A DNA stretch of 64,000 bases, from assembly GCF_006345805.1 (NCBI RefSeq), contig NC_042997.1:115196001-115260000 (forward strand), read 5' to 3'. This stretch comes from Octopus sinensis. Taxonomy: Eukaryota. This document shows positions 24,976 through 38,134 of this stretch, piece by piece; within the stretch, counting starts at the first letter, position 1, and every line of letters starts with the position of its first letter. Under the pieces are notes generated by a model, which worked only from the letters and a program-made list of their open reading frames with translations, did not search any database and had not been told where the DNA came from. The position numbers were made by a program, and so were the translations under genes.

Positions 24976-26204
24976 AGAGTGGTGTCTCAGTCCACTGTTA
25001 CATTTCCTAGCAAAGTAACAACAATCATTATCATCGTTTAACGTCTGCTTTCCATGCTGGCATGGGTTGGACAGTTTGAGTGTGGACTGGCAAGCCAAGA
25101 GGCCGCACCAGGCTCCAATCTGATCTGGCAGAGTTTCTACAGCTGGATGCCCATCCTAACGCCAACCACTCCGAGAGTATACTGGGTGCTTTTTACATGC
25201 CACTGGCACGGGAGACAGTTGGAGAGCACTGGCATTGGCTACATTCAGAAGGTGCTTTTTATGTGCTGCTGGCACAGGAGCCAGTCGGGAACAACATCAA
25301 CAATAGTGGTTTCAAATTTTGGCTCAGAGCCAGCAATTTTTGAGGGGAGGGGTAAGTCGATTACATTGACACTGAAAGGATGAAAAACAAAAAAAAAAAA
25401 AATCGATCCTGGTGACATTTGAACTCAGAGTGTGAAGATGGATGAAATGCCACTAAACATTTTGCCTGGCAGGCTAAAGTTTCTGCCAGGTTGCGATCTT
25501 TACAATAATCTTTTCTACTCTTGGCACAAGGCCTGAAATTTTGGGGGAGGGAGCCAGTTGATTAGATTGACCTCAGTATGCAACTGGTACTTAATTTATC
25601 AACCACAAAAGGATAAAAGGCAAAGTCGACCTCAGCAGAATTTGAACTCAGAATGTAAAGACAGACGAAATACCACTAAGCATTTCGCCCAGCATGCTAA
25701 TGTTTCTGCCAGCTTCATTGCCTTTCTACTTTTACAATAAAATAGATTGGACAGAACAAAGATATAGGATAGGTAAATGACAAGGGAAAGATACTGTGGT
25801 GTAATGGTCCACAGTGATGTGTGAAATTAAATATTAAAAGCCAGATATAGTGGATGTGAATAAATCATCATCGTTTAATGTCCGCTTTCCATGGTCACAT
25901 GGGTTGGAGGGTTTGACTGAGGACTGGCGAATCAGATGGCTGCACCAGGCTCCAGTCTTAACCTGGCAGAGTTTCTACAGCTGGATGCCCTTCCTAACAC
26001 CAACCACTCTGAGAGTGTAGTGGGTGCTTTTTACGTGCCACCGGCATGGGAGCCAGTCAGGCGGTACTGGCAACGACCTCGCTCAAGTCTTTTTACACAT
26101 GCCACCAGCACAGGTGCCAGTAAGGCGATGCTGGTAACGACCATGCTCAAATGGTGCCCTTTTGCATGCCACTGGCATGGAAGCCAGTTAGCCGCTCTGG
26201 CAAT

Positions 26205-26790
26205 GAGGGGGAAAAAAACCCCTGTTTAGTCATAGATATTGCATGTTCTGAAGATGACAGATTATTAGAAAGAGAAGGGAATAAAGTTATATAGAATGAT
26301 TTGAAGTGGGAAATAAATAAGACTATGGTTGTTGAAGGTGGAGGTGCATGGCTTAGTGGTTAGGGTGTTGAACTCATGATCGTAAGGTTGTGGTTTCGAT
26401 TCCTGGACCAGGTGATGCGTTGTGTTCTTGAGCAAAACACTTCCTTTACATGTTGCTCCAGTCCACACAGCTGGCAAAAATGAGTAATCCTGCAACGGAC
26501 TGGTGACCTGTCCAGGTGGGGAATTTCTACGCCACTGAAACCAGGAAACTGGGCCCATGAGCCTGGCATGGCTCGAGAAGGAACATTTATAATTTTTTTT
26601 ATGGTTGTTGAAGAAGGTGAATGTTGTACTAGTTGTTTGAGCCTTGGGTACTGGAAGTACCGAACTTGCAAAGTGGATCGAAAAGATAGGAGCAAATGTG
26701 AAGATGGAATATCAATAGAAAATAGTTTTGATTGGAATTGCATGAATTTTCTGAAGTTCTCAAAATATGAAAGGAAAGTGTTGGCAGATT
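26205..26790 (+). mobile_element. R4/Dong-like RLE endonuclease relic, split by a SINE
   Basis: CLVIDIACSEDDRLLERE..NDLKWEI | KKVNVVLVV*ALGTGSTELAKWIEKIG..KIVLIGIA. Confidence 0.7.
26338..26599 (+). mobile_element. CORE-like tRNA SINE with 14-bp TSD, inserted in an R4/Dong-like relic
   Basis: TSD TATGGTTGTTGAAG at 26324-37 and 26600-13. Confidence 0.85.
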
Positions 26791-26845
26791 GCAAACAGAT
26801 GATACTGTGTAACATTCCCCAGCAAAATTGCTGTATTGAACAATA

Positions 26846-27490
26846 ATGAGAATATCTGAAATAAACTCAACTGCTCTCACAAACAAAAATACTAAAAATG
26901 AACCCAACCATTCTCGAAAATTAAGTAAAATAACAGGAAAAATAATCCAGATTCCTTGTTCACTACTGGATTGATCCCAAAATCTAATCAGTTTGTGCAA
27001 GGCATGAGGCCAAACATCCCTCAAAGTTTCATCTGAATCTGTCCAGTGGTTCTTGAGATATCTTGTCCATGGATAAACAAACAAACATGACTGAAAACAA
27101 TACCTCCGCCTTCACTAAAGCAGAGGTAATAATAAGTATAGCAAGAGCACTCAAAGAGCACAAACCTCCACCAAGGCAACACCAACATCCTCTCAATGAT
27201 TAGCCGAAGATGATTTTTAAAATAAGAATATCTGAAATAAACTCGACTTCTTTCACAAACGAGAATACTAAAAATGAACCAGACTGCTCTCAAAAATTAA
27301 GTAAAAATAATCCAGAATCCTTGTCTGGTACCAGATTGATCCCAAAATCTAACCAGTTCGTGCCAGTCATCTCTGAAAGTTTCATCCAAATCCATCCAGC
27401 GGTTCTTGAGATATCTTGTCCATGGACAAACAAACAAACACAACTGAAAACAATACCTCCCCCTATGCTAGGGCAGAGGTAATAATAATT
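26846..27490 (+). repeat. Two tandem copies (26846-27135, 27222-27490) of a Helentron/DINE-like element
   Basis: About 280-bp direct repeats, each ending in an acctc...gaggtaat terminal hairpin. Confidence 0.55.
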
Positions 27491-27636
27491 CTTTCAATGA
27501 TAGGCACAAGCTCAGAAATTTTGTAGGAGATGGCTAGTCTTAACTCTGTACTGAACTGGTACTTATTTCACCAACCCTGAGATGACGAAAACTAAAGTCA
27601 ACCTCAGAATGTAAAAGATTAACAAAATACTTTTAA

Positions 27637-27858
27637 CCCTTTCATTACTGTATTTATTTTGAGATGCTCTGTGTTTCTTTCAATTAATTTTAAATATAAC
27701 AAAGAATTTAGTAAAATAACTTAGTTATCATTAAGCTAGTGTTAGGAACATAAATTGTGACTAAGGTTTGGTGGAAGATTTTAATTCAAAACCTATGAAA
27801 ACAAGACATTTGTACTACAGAGCCAGAGGTGGTTTCAGCTGGGTTGGTATCAAAAGGG
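27637..27858. mobile_element. piggyBac-like MITE (TTAA TSD)
   Basis: TTAA|CCCTTT...AAAGGG|TTAA. Same family at 27890-28109, 36268-36489 and 44278-44497. Confidence 0.8.
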
Positions 27859-27889
27859 TTAAGAATTGTTTCTTTATTATATATATTAA

Positions 27890-28109
27890 CCCTTTTGTTA
27901 CAATATTTCTGTTGAGATGCTCTGTGTTTCTTTCAATTACCTTAAATATAACAAAGAATTTAGTAAAATAACATCGTTATCATTAAGCTAGTGTTAGGAA
28001 CATAAATTGTGACTAAGGTTTGGTGGAATATTTTAATTCAAAACCTATGAAAACAAGACATTTGTACTCAGAGCCAGAGCCGGTTTCAGCCGGGATGGTA
28101 ATGAAAGGG
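27890..28109. mobile_element. piggyBac-like MITE (TTAA TSD)
   Basis: TTAA|CCCTT...AAGGG|TTAA. Confidence 0.8.
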
Positions 28110-31100
28110 TTAAACATGTTGTCCAGTGAGCTAATGATTCTACCAGCTTGCTATCACAATAATGATAATAATAATAATTTAGTATCCATCTTCCTTGCTG
28201 GCATAGATTGGAATAATAACCATCTGAATGTAGTGGATGCCAGTACCATTTGACTGGTTCCTGTGCCGGTGGCATGTAAAAAGCACTATCCGAATGTGAT
28301 CGATGCCTGGGCTGCCTGATTGGCACATAAAAAGCATGCACTACACTCTCGGGGTGGCTGGCATTAGGAAGGGCATCCAGCTGTAGAAACATTGCCAGAT
28401 CAAGTTGGAGCTTGGTGCAGCCGCTGGCTTTCCAGACCTGTTAAACTGTCCAACCCATGCCAGCGTGGAAAATGGATATTATAAAAACAAAAACAAAACA
28501 AAAATGTTATTATTTCCTTTATTTAGAATAAAAGGAGGATATAACAAGCAGTATTGTCAAGAAAGTATGTATGAAATAAAACATCAGCAGGTATAGTCTA
28601 GTCATTGAAGAAGCTGTGAGTAAAACACTTAAGTTCATGTTGTGAAGTTCATATAAACTGCAATGCAGCCTCGTACTGAGACATGGGCCTTGAATGTAGA
28701 GAACTTGAGAAAACCAAAGGGAAATTAAACTAGCATGCTCTGATGGATGTGCAAAATAAGTGTGCATGAATGACAAATGTGCTGAGAGAAAAACTGGGCC
28801 CTAGAGGAACCAGATGTTGTGTGCCAGAAAGAAAAATGGCTCTAGCATAGACATAAGATGCTTATGGATGAGGAGAGCTAATTTAAAAAAAGGGATGATC
28901 ACTTAATGTGATGAAGATTGTGGAAGAGGAAGACATGGGATAAAGAGGTGAAAGCTAATCTGAGGACTTGATGGAGGAGATAGCAAAATACCAGGATATG
29001 GGGTTCTCAAGGCCCTCACAACTCGGCAAAACTGATCCTGGAAGCATGTATATATAAGCACAACTGGGCCCCTTACCCAATTAACTCAAGACATCTCTAC
29101 CACCCATCTAACTGCAGCAGTCAGCCATTGTAATTAAACATGAGAAGAATGTACATCAACCTCTCCAACATACAACTTACCTTTCTCATCATCATCATTT
29201 AAAATACATTTTCTATGCTGATATAGGTTGAACGGTTTGACAGGAGCTGCACCAGGCTTCAATAGTCTGTTTTGGCAAGCTTTCTACAGCTGGATGCCCT
29301 TTCTAACACCAACCACTTACAGAGTGTACCGGGCATTTCTTTACATGGCCTCAACACTGGTGCTTGATATCCATCCATAGTTCTTAATAGTCCTCTCTCC
29401 TCATATTTTTACACCAGCTGCCCTCCTTATACACTTTACCTACTTTCCAAACACTTCTGCAACCCACCCAACCACAAATAATCCTCTCTCATTGGTCATT
29501 CCTATCCTTTATCAACCATTCTTTACATCCACCCAATCTCTACAGTTGTCACCTACTCTTCTTCCCTTATGTTTTTTCTCATACCATGACTCTCTCCCCT
29601 CACCATACTCACAACCCTGACCCACCCACACTCCTGTCCCCACTTACCTTGTAGGTCCTGACACCCTATCCTTTTTTTAATTCTTTTTGTAGTTTCACCA
29701 CACCCACACTCTCTTATGTGAGAAACCATGTAGCTTCTCTACAAGAGATGGTTCTGTTCCCGCCCCATCTCTCTCGAACTTTAACCCTGCATTTACCACA
29801 AAATCACCCCCACCCCGCTCTCTCTACTGTAGCCGAACCTTGATCCCAGTCAAAAAGAGAGATCTTAATCTTTTAAATTGTATGGTGACTTCACTATTGC
29901 TTCTGCTCCTTTGTGTTATTTGATTGTGGCCATACTGGGGCACCGTCTTTAGTCAAACAAATTGACCCCAGGACTTATTCTATCAGTCTGTTTTGCTGAA
30001 CTGTTAAGTTATGGGAATGTAAACACACCGACATCAGTTGTCAAGTGGTGGTGGTGGAGGAACAAAAAGACACACAAACATATATATATTTACATATATA
30101 CATACACAGTTGCCATGAATGATCGCTAAATCCACAAGTTTTATCGCTCCGTTTATTTCCTCGTATTCCTTTCTGTTGAAGAGTGTAGGCTCGAAATATA
30201 AAAGACTTTCTCACTTTCCCCAAGTGTCAAACCAATACAACTGCTTGTTTTTCATACATCTGTCTTCATATTTTGGTTTTCTGTAAATTTCAACTATATA
30301 TATACATGATGGGCTTCTTTCAGTTTCCATCAACCAAATCCACTCATGAGGCTTTGGTCAGCCTGAGGCTATAGCAGACAACACTTGCCAAAGGTGCCAC
30401 GCAGTGGGACTGAACCTGGAACCATGTGGTTGGGAAGCAAGCTTCTTACCACACAGCCACTCCTGCACCTAAAAACACCCAGTACATACTGTAAAGTGGT
30501 TAGCATTAGGAAATGCATCCAACTGCAGAAACCATGCCAAAGAAGACATTGGGTCGCAATTCAGTCTTCGGATTAGTCATATCCTGTCAAACCACCCAAA
30601 GTGGAGGTGCATGGTTTAGTGAGTGGTTAGGGTGTCAGACTCAATCATCATAAGATTGTGGTTTCGATTCCTGGACCAGACGATGCATTGTGTTGCTGAG
30701 CAAAACACTTCATTTCACGTTGCTCCAGTCCACTCATCTGGCAAAACTGAGTAATCCTGTGATGAACCAGTGTCCTGTCCAGGTGAGGAACACATATGGC
30801 ACAGAAACCAGTCCCGTAAGTCTATAGGACTCAGGCAGGATCTTTAGCCTAAACCATCCAATCCATGCCAGCATGGAAATGGGGAATTAAATGCAGATTT
30901 ATTCATTCATAACTCTCCCCCTAGGTAACCATGCTCCTCCTCTTCAGCTCACCTGTTTCTGCCCTTATTCTTGTTAACTCTCACTCTCTGACTGGGTAAC
31001 CATCTACCTCCTCCATAACAAGGCATCTGTTTCCATCTCTGTTACACTCTTACCTTTCATCATCTGACACAAGATCACCTCCGCCAATGCCCTGCTTCCC

Positions 31101-31860
31101 CTCTTCCTCTTAAAGATTCTTTGTCTTGCAAAGTTACTTGGTAACCTTAACAGTGCAGGTATCACTTAGAAAGCACCCAGTCCTCACTGTAAAGTGAGTG
31201 GCATTTGGAAAGGCATCCAGCTGTAAAAACCACACCAAAACTGACCTTGCCTGTACTTCTGCCAATTAAAAAGCACTCAGTCCACTGTTAGGTGGACGGT
31301 GTTAGGAAGGGCATCCAGCTGTGAAAACCACACCAAAACTGACCTTGCCTTCACTTGTGCACTGTGTTAGGAAGGGTATCCAGCTGTAAAACCACACCAA
31401 AACTGATCTCGCCTGAACTTGTGCCATGTAAAAAGCACTAAGTCCACTCTGCTGAATGGTTGGTGTTAGGAAGAGCATCCAGCTGTAAAAACCATGCCAA
31501 AGTAGATACAGACTCATCGTGCAGTCTCCTGCCTAGCCAGCTCCTGTCAAACTGTCCCACCCATGCCAGCATGGAAGATGGATGTTAAATGATGATAATG
31601 ATGATGAAGGAGGATGTTAAATGATGATGATAATGATGATGATAGGCATATGAAATTATGAGAAAAATGGAAGAAAGGAAGTCAACTTCAGGAAAAATTT
31701 TATTTCATTACATCACAATACATCTACACGGTTGAAATAATGCTTTTTCATTCACACCATTTACACCGGCTTTTCTAAGCCTTTCCTTTATTGTTTGTTT
31801 GTTTGTTTCTGTGTTTTGGCCATTTCTTTTTGAAAATGTTTCAATTTATATTTCAAAACC

Positions 31861-31866
31861 TTTATT
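31861..31866 (-). terminator. Candidate poly(A) signal AATAAA of C1QBP (alternatives at 31787-31792 and 31699-31704)
   Basis: TTTATT on the + strand about 85 nt past the stop codon; two more hexamers lie further downstream. Confidence 0.5.
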
Positions 31867-31949
31867 CACTTATATACACTGACAACTACAGTGTATAAAC
31901 AACTAAATCAAAAAATAACACTCAGTGGCTCAATTAGCATCGGTAACAA

Positions 31950-32099
31950 TTATTTTTTATCAACAAACCGTTTGATTCCATTGAGGAAGGATAAATATCT
32001 CTTGTGTTCGTAAACGGTACAGAAATCCATCAATTGGTTAATGAACTCATCATTGATTCCACGTTCGTCGAGCATATCCATAAGCAGGTCATAAAGATT
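31950..32099 (-). CDS. C1QBP: C1QBP terminal coding exon (NLYDLLMDMLDERGINDEFINQLMDFCTVYEHKRYLSFLNGIKRFVDKK*)
   Basis: ttttgatag acceptor; 150 nt ending in TAA. Matches the p32 C-terminal helices ALYDHLMDFLADRGVDNTFADELVELSTALEHQEYITFLEDLKSFV. Confidence 0.96.
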   Translation of the reverse strand, partial: NLYDLLMDMLDERGINDEFINQLMDFCTVYEHKRYLSFLNGIKRFVDKK

Positions 32100-32180
32100 C
32101 TATCAAAAGAAAATAATTACAATATGAAATTCCTCGGTAAACATCTCGTAGAAGTATTTTAACATTATAAAATCATTTAA

Positions 32181-32400
32181 CTCTTTAGCATTCAAACCGG
32201 CCATATCCGGCCAAAATATTTAACCTGTTTTGTATTGAAACTGACCAGATCTCGCCTCTCACCTCAGCCCTACCATGTCATTCTAAAGCTAAAAAATCAC
32301 ATCACCGAAATCTCTAAACTACAAGATAATGCAGGATTAATTCAAACCATTTTAAATAAACAAACATCACATTTGACAGAATAATCTGAACACTAAAGGG
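32181..32400. mobile_element. Second piggyBac-like MITE family
   Basis: TTAA|CTCTTTAGC...TAAAGGG|TTAA. Partial relatives at about 32880-33040, 37430-37580 and 48950-49165. Confidence 0.7.
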
Positions 32401-32444
32401 TTAAACCTGGGAGTAGAAGAAATTAAAAAATGGTTACAACAATA

Positions 32445-32615
32445 GGCGTAGGAGTGGCTGCGTGGCAAGTAGCTTGCTTATGAACTGCATGGTTTTCTGG
32501 GTTCAGTCCCACTGTGTGGCACCTTGGGCAAGTGTCTTCTACCATAGCCTCGGGCCAACCAAAGCCTTGTGAGTGGATTTGGTAGACAGAAACTGAAAGA
32601 AGCCCATCGTATATA

Positions 32616-32691
<76 letters not shown>

Positions 32692-32864
32692 TTGTGTGTC
32701 TCCTCAACATCGCTTGACAACTGATGCTGGTGTTTACATCCCCATAACTTAGCAGTTCAGCAAAAGAGACCAATAGAATAAGTACTAGTCCTGGGGTTGA
32801 TTTGCCTGACTAAAGGCGGTGCTCCAGCATGGCCACAGTCAAATGACAAACAAGTAAAAGAGTA
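32445..32864 (+). mobile_element. SINE family A in the last C1QBP intron
   Basis: Full-length copy with (TG)n/(TA)n core. Confidence 0.85.
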
Positions 32865-35338
32865 AATGTTGCTTTGAATTTTAACCCTTTAGCATTATTC
32901 ACATCAATCTGTCCACAATATAATGTTTAATGATTTACATTGTTTGGAATTAATCATTAATCATGCATTCTCACGTAGCTTCATGATTTCAATGAAAACA
33001 TGTCAGGTCATAGAAGTGTTCATGTTCAAAGGACTCAGAAATATCTTACATGTAACCAAATTGGATGACTGGCACCCATGCCAGTGGGGCACTAATAGCT
33101 CCATCCAAGCAGGATCACTGCCAGAGCGGCTGTCTGGCACATAAAGGGCACCATTTGAGCGTGATCGTTGTCAGCATCGCCTCACTGGCACGTGAACAAA
33201 ACATTTGAGTGAGGTCGTTGCTAGTGCTGCTGGACTGACTCCTGTGCAGGTGGCACATAATAAACACCATTTCTGAGCGTGGCCGTTGCCAGTACTGCCA
33301 GACTGGCCCTTGTGCCGGTGGCACTTTAAAAGCACCCACTACACTCTTGGAGTGGTTGGTTCGCTAGGAAGGGCATCCAGCTGTAGAAACTCGCCCAGAT
33401 CAGATTCGAGTCTGGCACAGCCATCTGGTTTGCCAGTCCCCAGTCAAATTGTCCAACCCATGCGAGCATGGAAAGCAGACATTAAACGATGATGATGATG
33501 TAAACAGGGTCATGGTCGGCAGCAACAAGAATATCTGGTTGTAGAAAACCTTGACCTCAACAACTTTTGGTTTGAGCCATGCAAGCATTGAAGAGCAAAC
33601 ATTAAAATGATAATGACATGGGTTGGATGATGTAACAAAAATAAAATAGTTTAATCTATTTGATACCAAACTGTCCGACATGCCCCACTCCCCTCCTAGA
33701 TGTATAGCAAAACATCATCATCATCGTTTAACATCTGTTTTCCATGCTAGCATGGGTTGGACGGTTCGACCGGGGACTGGGAAGCCAGGAGGCTGCACCA
33801 GGCTCCAGTCTGATTTGGCAGTGTTTCTACAGCTGGATGTCCTTCCTAACGCCAACCACTCCGTGAGTGTAGTGGGTGTCTTTTTAAGTGCCACCGGCAC
33901 AGGGGCCAGGGGAGGCTGGCAAACGGCCATGATCGGATGGTGCTTTTATGTGTCATCGACAGGGACACCAGTCAGGCGGCACTGGCATCTGCCACGTTCA
34001 GGCGGTGCTTTTTACATTTCACCAGCACGGGTATCTTAACTACAATTTCCATTTGATTTTTATTTTGATGTTGGTGTAGGCCTCCTCAAGAACAGCGGGT
34101 TACTCTACGATCTGAGGTTAGCACAGCAGGCCGTCCTGCGAGCCATGAACCTACTTCACCCTTTTCTAATATGTTCATCATCACCATAGTTCAATAGGTT
34201 TTCTATGCTGGTATGGGTTGGACAGTTTGATAGAACCTGGTAAGGCCAGGTTATGTATCAGGCTCCAATTGTCTGTTTTGACATGGTTTCTACAACTGGA
34301 TGCCCTTCCTAATGCCAGCTACTTTACAGAGTGTACTGGGTGCTTTTTAATGGCACCAGCTTCAGTTATTTTAATTCTTCCTTATTTTTAAAGTTGAAAG
34401 AAAGCAATGCAAAAAAAAAGTAACAAAAGTTTGTAAACAAGTTGACTATAAACAATAAACCTCAAATGCAAATGCAGCTGTAAATAATAGCTTGAATGAA
34501 ATGTTTTGCTAAATATTTAAATTAGAATTTCCAATCTCTACTAAATGAGATATCATTTTATGTCCCGTTTTGGCTGGTTCAACAGAAACCAATGAAGCAA
34601 AGCTCCAATGCCTACTTTGGCATGGTTTCTACAGTCGGATGCCTTTCGTAATGTCAACCACTTCAGAGAGTGAACTGAATGGGATGTGTAGTATTGAAGA
34701 AAGTGAAAGTATAATACAGGAACATCGAAATCAAATTTGATGGCTGGCATCCGTGCTAGTGGAGTGCTAAGAGCACCGAGCGTGATCGTTGCCAGAGCAG
34801 CTAACTGGCTTCCATGCTGGTGGCACATAAAAATCACCATTTGAGCGTGGCTGTTGCCAGTACCGCTTAACTTGCCCTCATGCCAGTAGCACGTAAAAGC
34901 ACCCACTACACTCTCTGGCGTTAGGAAGGACATCCAGCTGTAGAAACCCTGCCAGATCAGATTGGGGCCTGGTGCAGTCATCTGGCTCGCCATTCCTCAT
35001 TCAAATCGTCCAACCCATGCTAGCATGGAAAACGGAGATTAAATGATGATGACGAGGTGTCTTGCTGAAGAGGAGAATACATGACTTCTGCAGTGGGAAT
35101 GAGATGGTGAGGGCATACTCTCAAGGTACAAGGTGAATATGAAGAGAATAGAGATAGAGGAACAGAAAGGGTGAATGTGTAGGTTCACAAGAATGTGAAA
35201 AGTATTTGACAGATGATAAGAGATGGGGACTGAGACAGAGGCAGTGTATATCAGTTAGTGGAGTGTGTGTGTGTGAAGGAAATGGGAGTAGATGAGGAAG
35301 GAAGATGAAGTGATAAGGAAGAAAAGGATTTTATTTAC

Positions 35339-35427
35339 CCCATCCATTGTTTCAGCCCCAAGACTGTACATTTTATCGTTCCAGTCGCCCTCATGGAGAG
35401 TTACTTCATCAATTTGAAATTGGTCAA
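35339..35427 (-). CDS. C1QBP: C1QBP exon 5 (VDQFQIDEVTLHEGDWNDKMYSLGAETMDG)
   Basis: tttctttcag acceptor and GGG|GTAAAT donor; 89 nt, phase 1 to phase 0. Matches p32 DIFSIREVSF...EWKDTNYTLNTDSLD. Confidence 0.95.
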
Positions 35428-37707
35428 CTGAAAGAAACGAAAACCAATAATTACAATAGTTAATCAATTGAAACAATTTTTAAGTAAAATTATGGATGGT
35501 TGGACTTAACTTTTACTTGTTTCAGTCATTAGGCTACGGCCATGCTGGGGCGCCACCTTGAAGAATTTTTTAGCCTAACAATCAACCCCAATACTTATTT
35601 TTGTTTTTAAGTCTGGTATTTATTTTATCAGTCTCTAAAGCCTGCTAAGTTTAAGGGAATGTAAACACACCAACACTGGTTATCAAGCAGTGGTGGGGGA
35701 CATAAACGGTGAAGGTAAAGAATACACACACCTGGTGTTTAGGGTTAGGGTTATGCTGAAAATGGGTGGTGTGCATATTCTCTACCTCTGCTGACATATA
35801 CACTAGCTTCTTTCAATTTCTGCCTACCAAATCCACTCACAAAACACTGGTCAGCCTGAGGTTATAGTGGAAAACACTTGCCCAAGGTTCTATGAAGTAG
35901 GACTGAACCCACAACCATGTGGTTGGAAGCAAACCTCTTACCTCACAGCCATACCTGACCTCCAATATTTAATAATGAATATTCAGTCGTTCATTCTCAA
36001 CTGAATTATCTGCTCCTGAATTCACGTCTGGCTGAATAGTCCACAGACATGTGTACCTTTCTCAGGTAGAATTAGTGACACTGTACCAGATAATACCTTT
36101 GAAATAGATACAATCTACATGTCAGGCTTCTGTACAGCTTCCATCTATTCGATTTCACACACAGGATATGGGTTGACCTGAAGCTAACAGAAAAAGACAT
36201 TTGCCTGAGGTGCCACACAACAGGTTCCATAGTAGCAAAGTGAGATTTTAAACCCAGATTTCTTTAACCCGTTCATTACCAACATGGCTGAAACTGGCTT
36301 TGGCTCTATAGTACAAATGTCTAGTTTTCATAAGTTTTGAATGAAAGTCTTTCACCAAACCTTAGTCACAATTTATGTTCCTAATACCAGTTTAATGATA
36401 ACTAAGTTATTTTACCAAATCCTTTGTTAGATTTAAAATTAATTGAAGGAAACAAGGAGCATCTCAAAATAAATACAGTAACGAAAGGGTTAAAGGAAAA
36501 GAAGAGTGTGAGCTGTTGTGTGATAACCTGTGAGAAACAGCAAACAAATCACCCTCAGATTACATAACATGTTCTTGAAAAGGGAGAGACATTGGATAGT
36601 ATAGTCTTACATATGCAATGTGTGAGAGAAGAACAATTATGGTAGACCTGGTGTTAGACATGTTTTATTAGCCTTAGAACTGCAAAGGGAAATTATCATC
36701 ATAGACTAGAACAAACGTTAAACCACTGGACACTCGACCAGGTCTTAACATTGAATTATGCACCATGTATAATACGTGTGTGTGTGTATTTAATGAATGA
36801 CTGAGGCCTTTGGCATTGTGTTGTGCTTGAGAAGACCCATCAAGCCAAGTAAAATTGCAATCGTAGCAGATACTGGGGTCATGCAAATGGCACCCATGCT
36901 GGGGGAATGGAAAAGCACTCATTACACTCTCAGAGTGGTTGGCATTAGGAAGGGCATCCAACCGTAGAAACTATACCTATTTCTTTACCCACAAGGGGCT
37001 GAACACAGAGAGGACAAACAAGGACAAACGGATTAAGTCGATTATATCGACCCCAGTGCGTAACTGGTACTTATTTAATCGACCCCGAAAGGATGAAAGG
37101 CAAAGTCGACCTCGGCAGAATTTGAACTCAGAACATAGCGGCAGATGAAATACCAGTATGCATTTCGGCCGGCGCACTAACGTGTCTGCCAGCACGCCGC
37201 CTTGAACTACACCAAGTCAGACTGGAGTCTGGTGCAGGCTTCTGCCTGGCCAGATCCTGTCAAACTGCCCAACCTATGCCAACATGAACAATGAATGTTA
37301 AATGATATTAGGAAGGGCATCCATAAAAAAGGTGCCAAAACAGACCCCGCTCCTGTCAAACCATCCAACCCATACCAGCACAGACAATGGACGTTAAATG
37401 ACAATGCTAATGAAGAATTAATCATGCATCATTTCATAGCTTTAATATTTTGATGATGTAATTGTTTATTTTCAGAATTACATTGTAGGATAGATGTAAG
37501 AGGTTGAATCTGACTATTTTGAAGACAGAACAGGTAGAATATTTGAGCTGGATAGGGCCAGATTAAATGCTAAAAGGGTTAAATAGTGTGTTCCACTAAC
37601 GTAGCTAGAGTGTCTGCCACCCAGGACTCCACAAAAAACACATTGCCTACAGCAATAGCTTACAACAGGACGAAAAGTGCTGCCTGGGGTGGACCGACCC
37701 TACTGCC

Positions 37708-37800
37708 CACCGGTTCTCGTCCGATCACCAAAGTTAAGCAACATTGAGCCTAGTTAGTACTCAGATGGGTGACCGCTTGTGAAACTTAGGTGATGTAAGC
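37708..37800 (+). pseudogene. 5'-truncated 5S rRNA pseudogene
   Basis: caccggttctcgtccgatcacc-aagttaagcaac-ttgagcc-gttagtact-gatgggtgaccgc...gtgatgtaagc matches the invertebrate 5S sequence, including the box A/IE/box C region, with CpG-decay substitutions. Confidence 0.85.
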
Positions 37801-38013
37801 ATTCCATTTCTAAAGGCGGTGCTCCAGCATGGCCACAGTCAAATGACTGAAACAAGCAAAAGAGTATAATGAAATGAATAAATAGTTTTAAAATGAATTG
37901 CAAAATGAGCAAACTACAACACCGCACCTCACATCTACACACATGACAGATTCTGAATAACATTGTGTAATAATTTCTTTTGGTGTTAAAAGAACATCTG
38001 TTGTTTTGCTTAC

Positions 38014-38134
38014 CCATAGCGTCATCCTTTCCTGCAAGGTCATCATCGATATCTGTTGGAAAAGAACATTGAAGAGCAAACGTCTCAGTGCCACCTTGGT
38101 TGATATCCACAGTGAATGGAGGACGAGAAACCAT
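38014..38134 (-). CDS. C1QBP: C1QBP exon 4 (MVSRPPFTVDINQGGTETFALQCSFPTDIDDDLAGKDDAM)
   Basis: ttttacag acceptor and G|GTAAG donor; 121 nt, phase 0 to phase 1. Matches p32 LTSTPNFVVEV...LVLDCHYPED. Confidence 0.93.

Noticed and set aside
26568-26846. Cys-rich 92-aa ORF resembling a secreted peptide
   Set aside because: It is an alternative frame of the R4/Dong-like endonuclease relic.
28527-28590. Possible + strand micro-exon (tttag|...IKGGYNKQYCQESMYEIKHQQ|gtatag)
   Set aside because: No partner exons or recognisable protein; such AG/GT pairs are common by chance.
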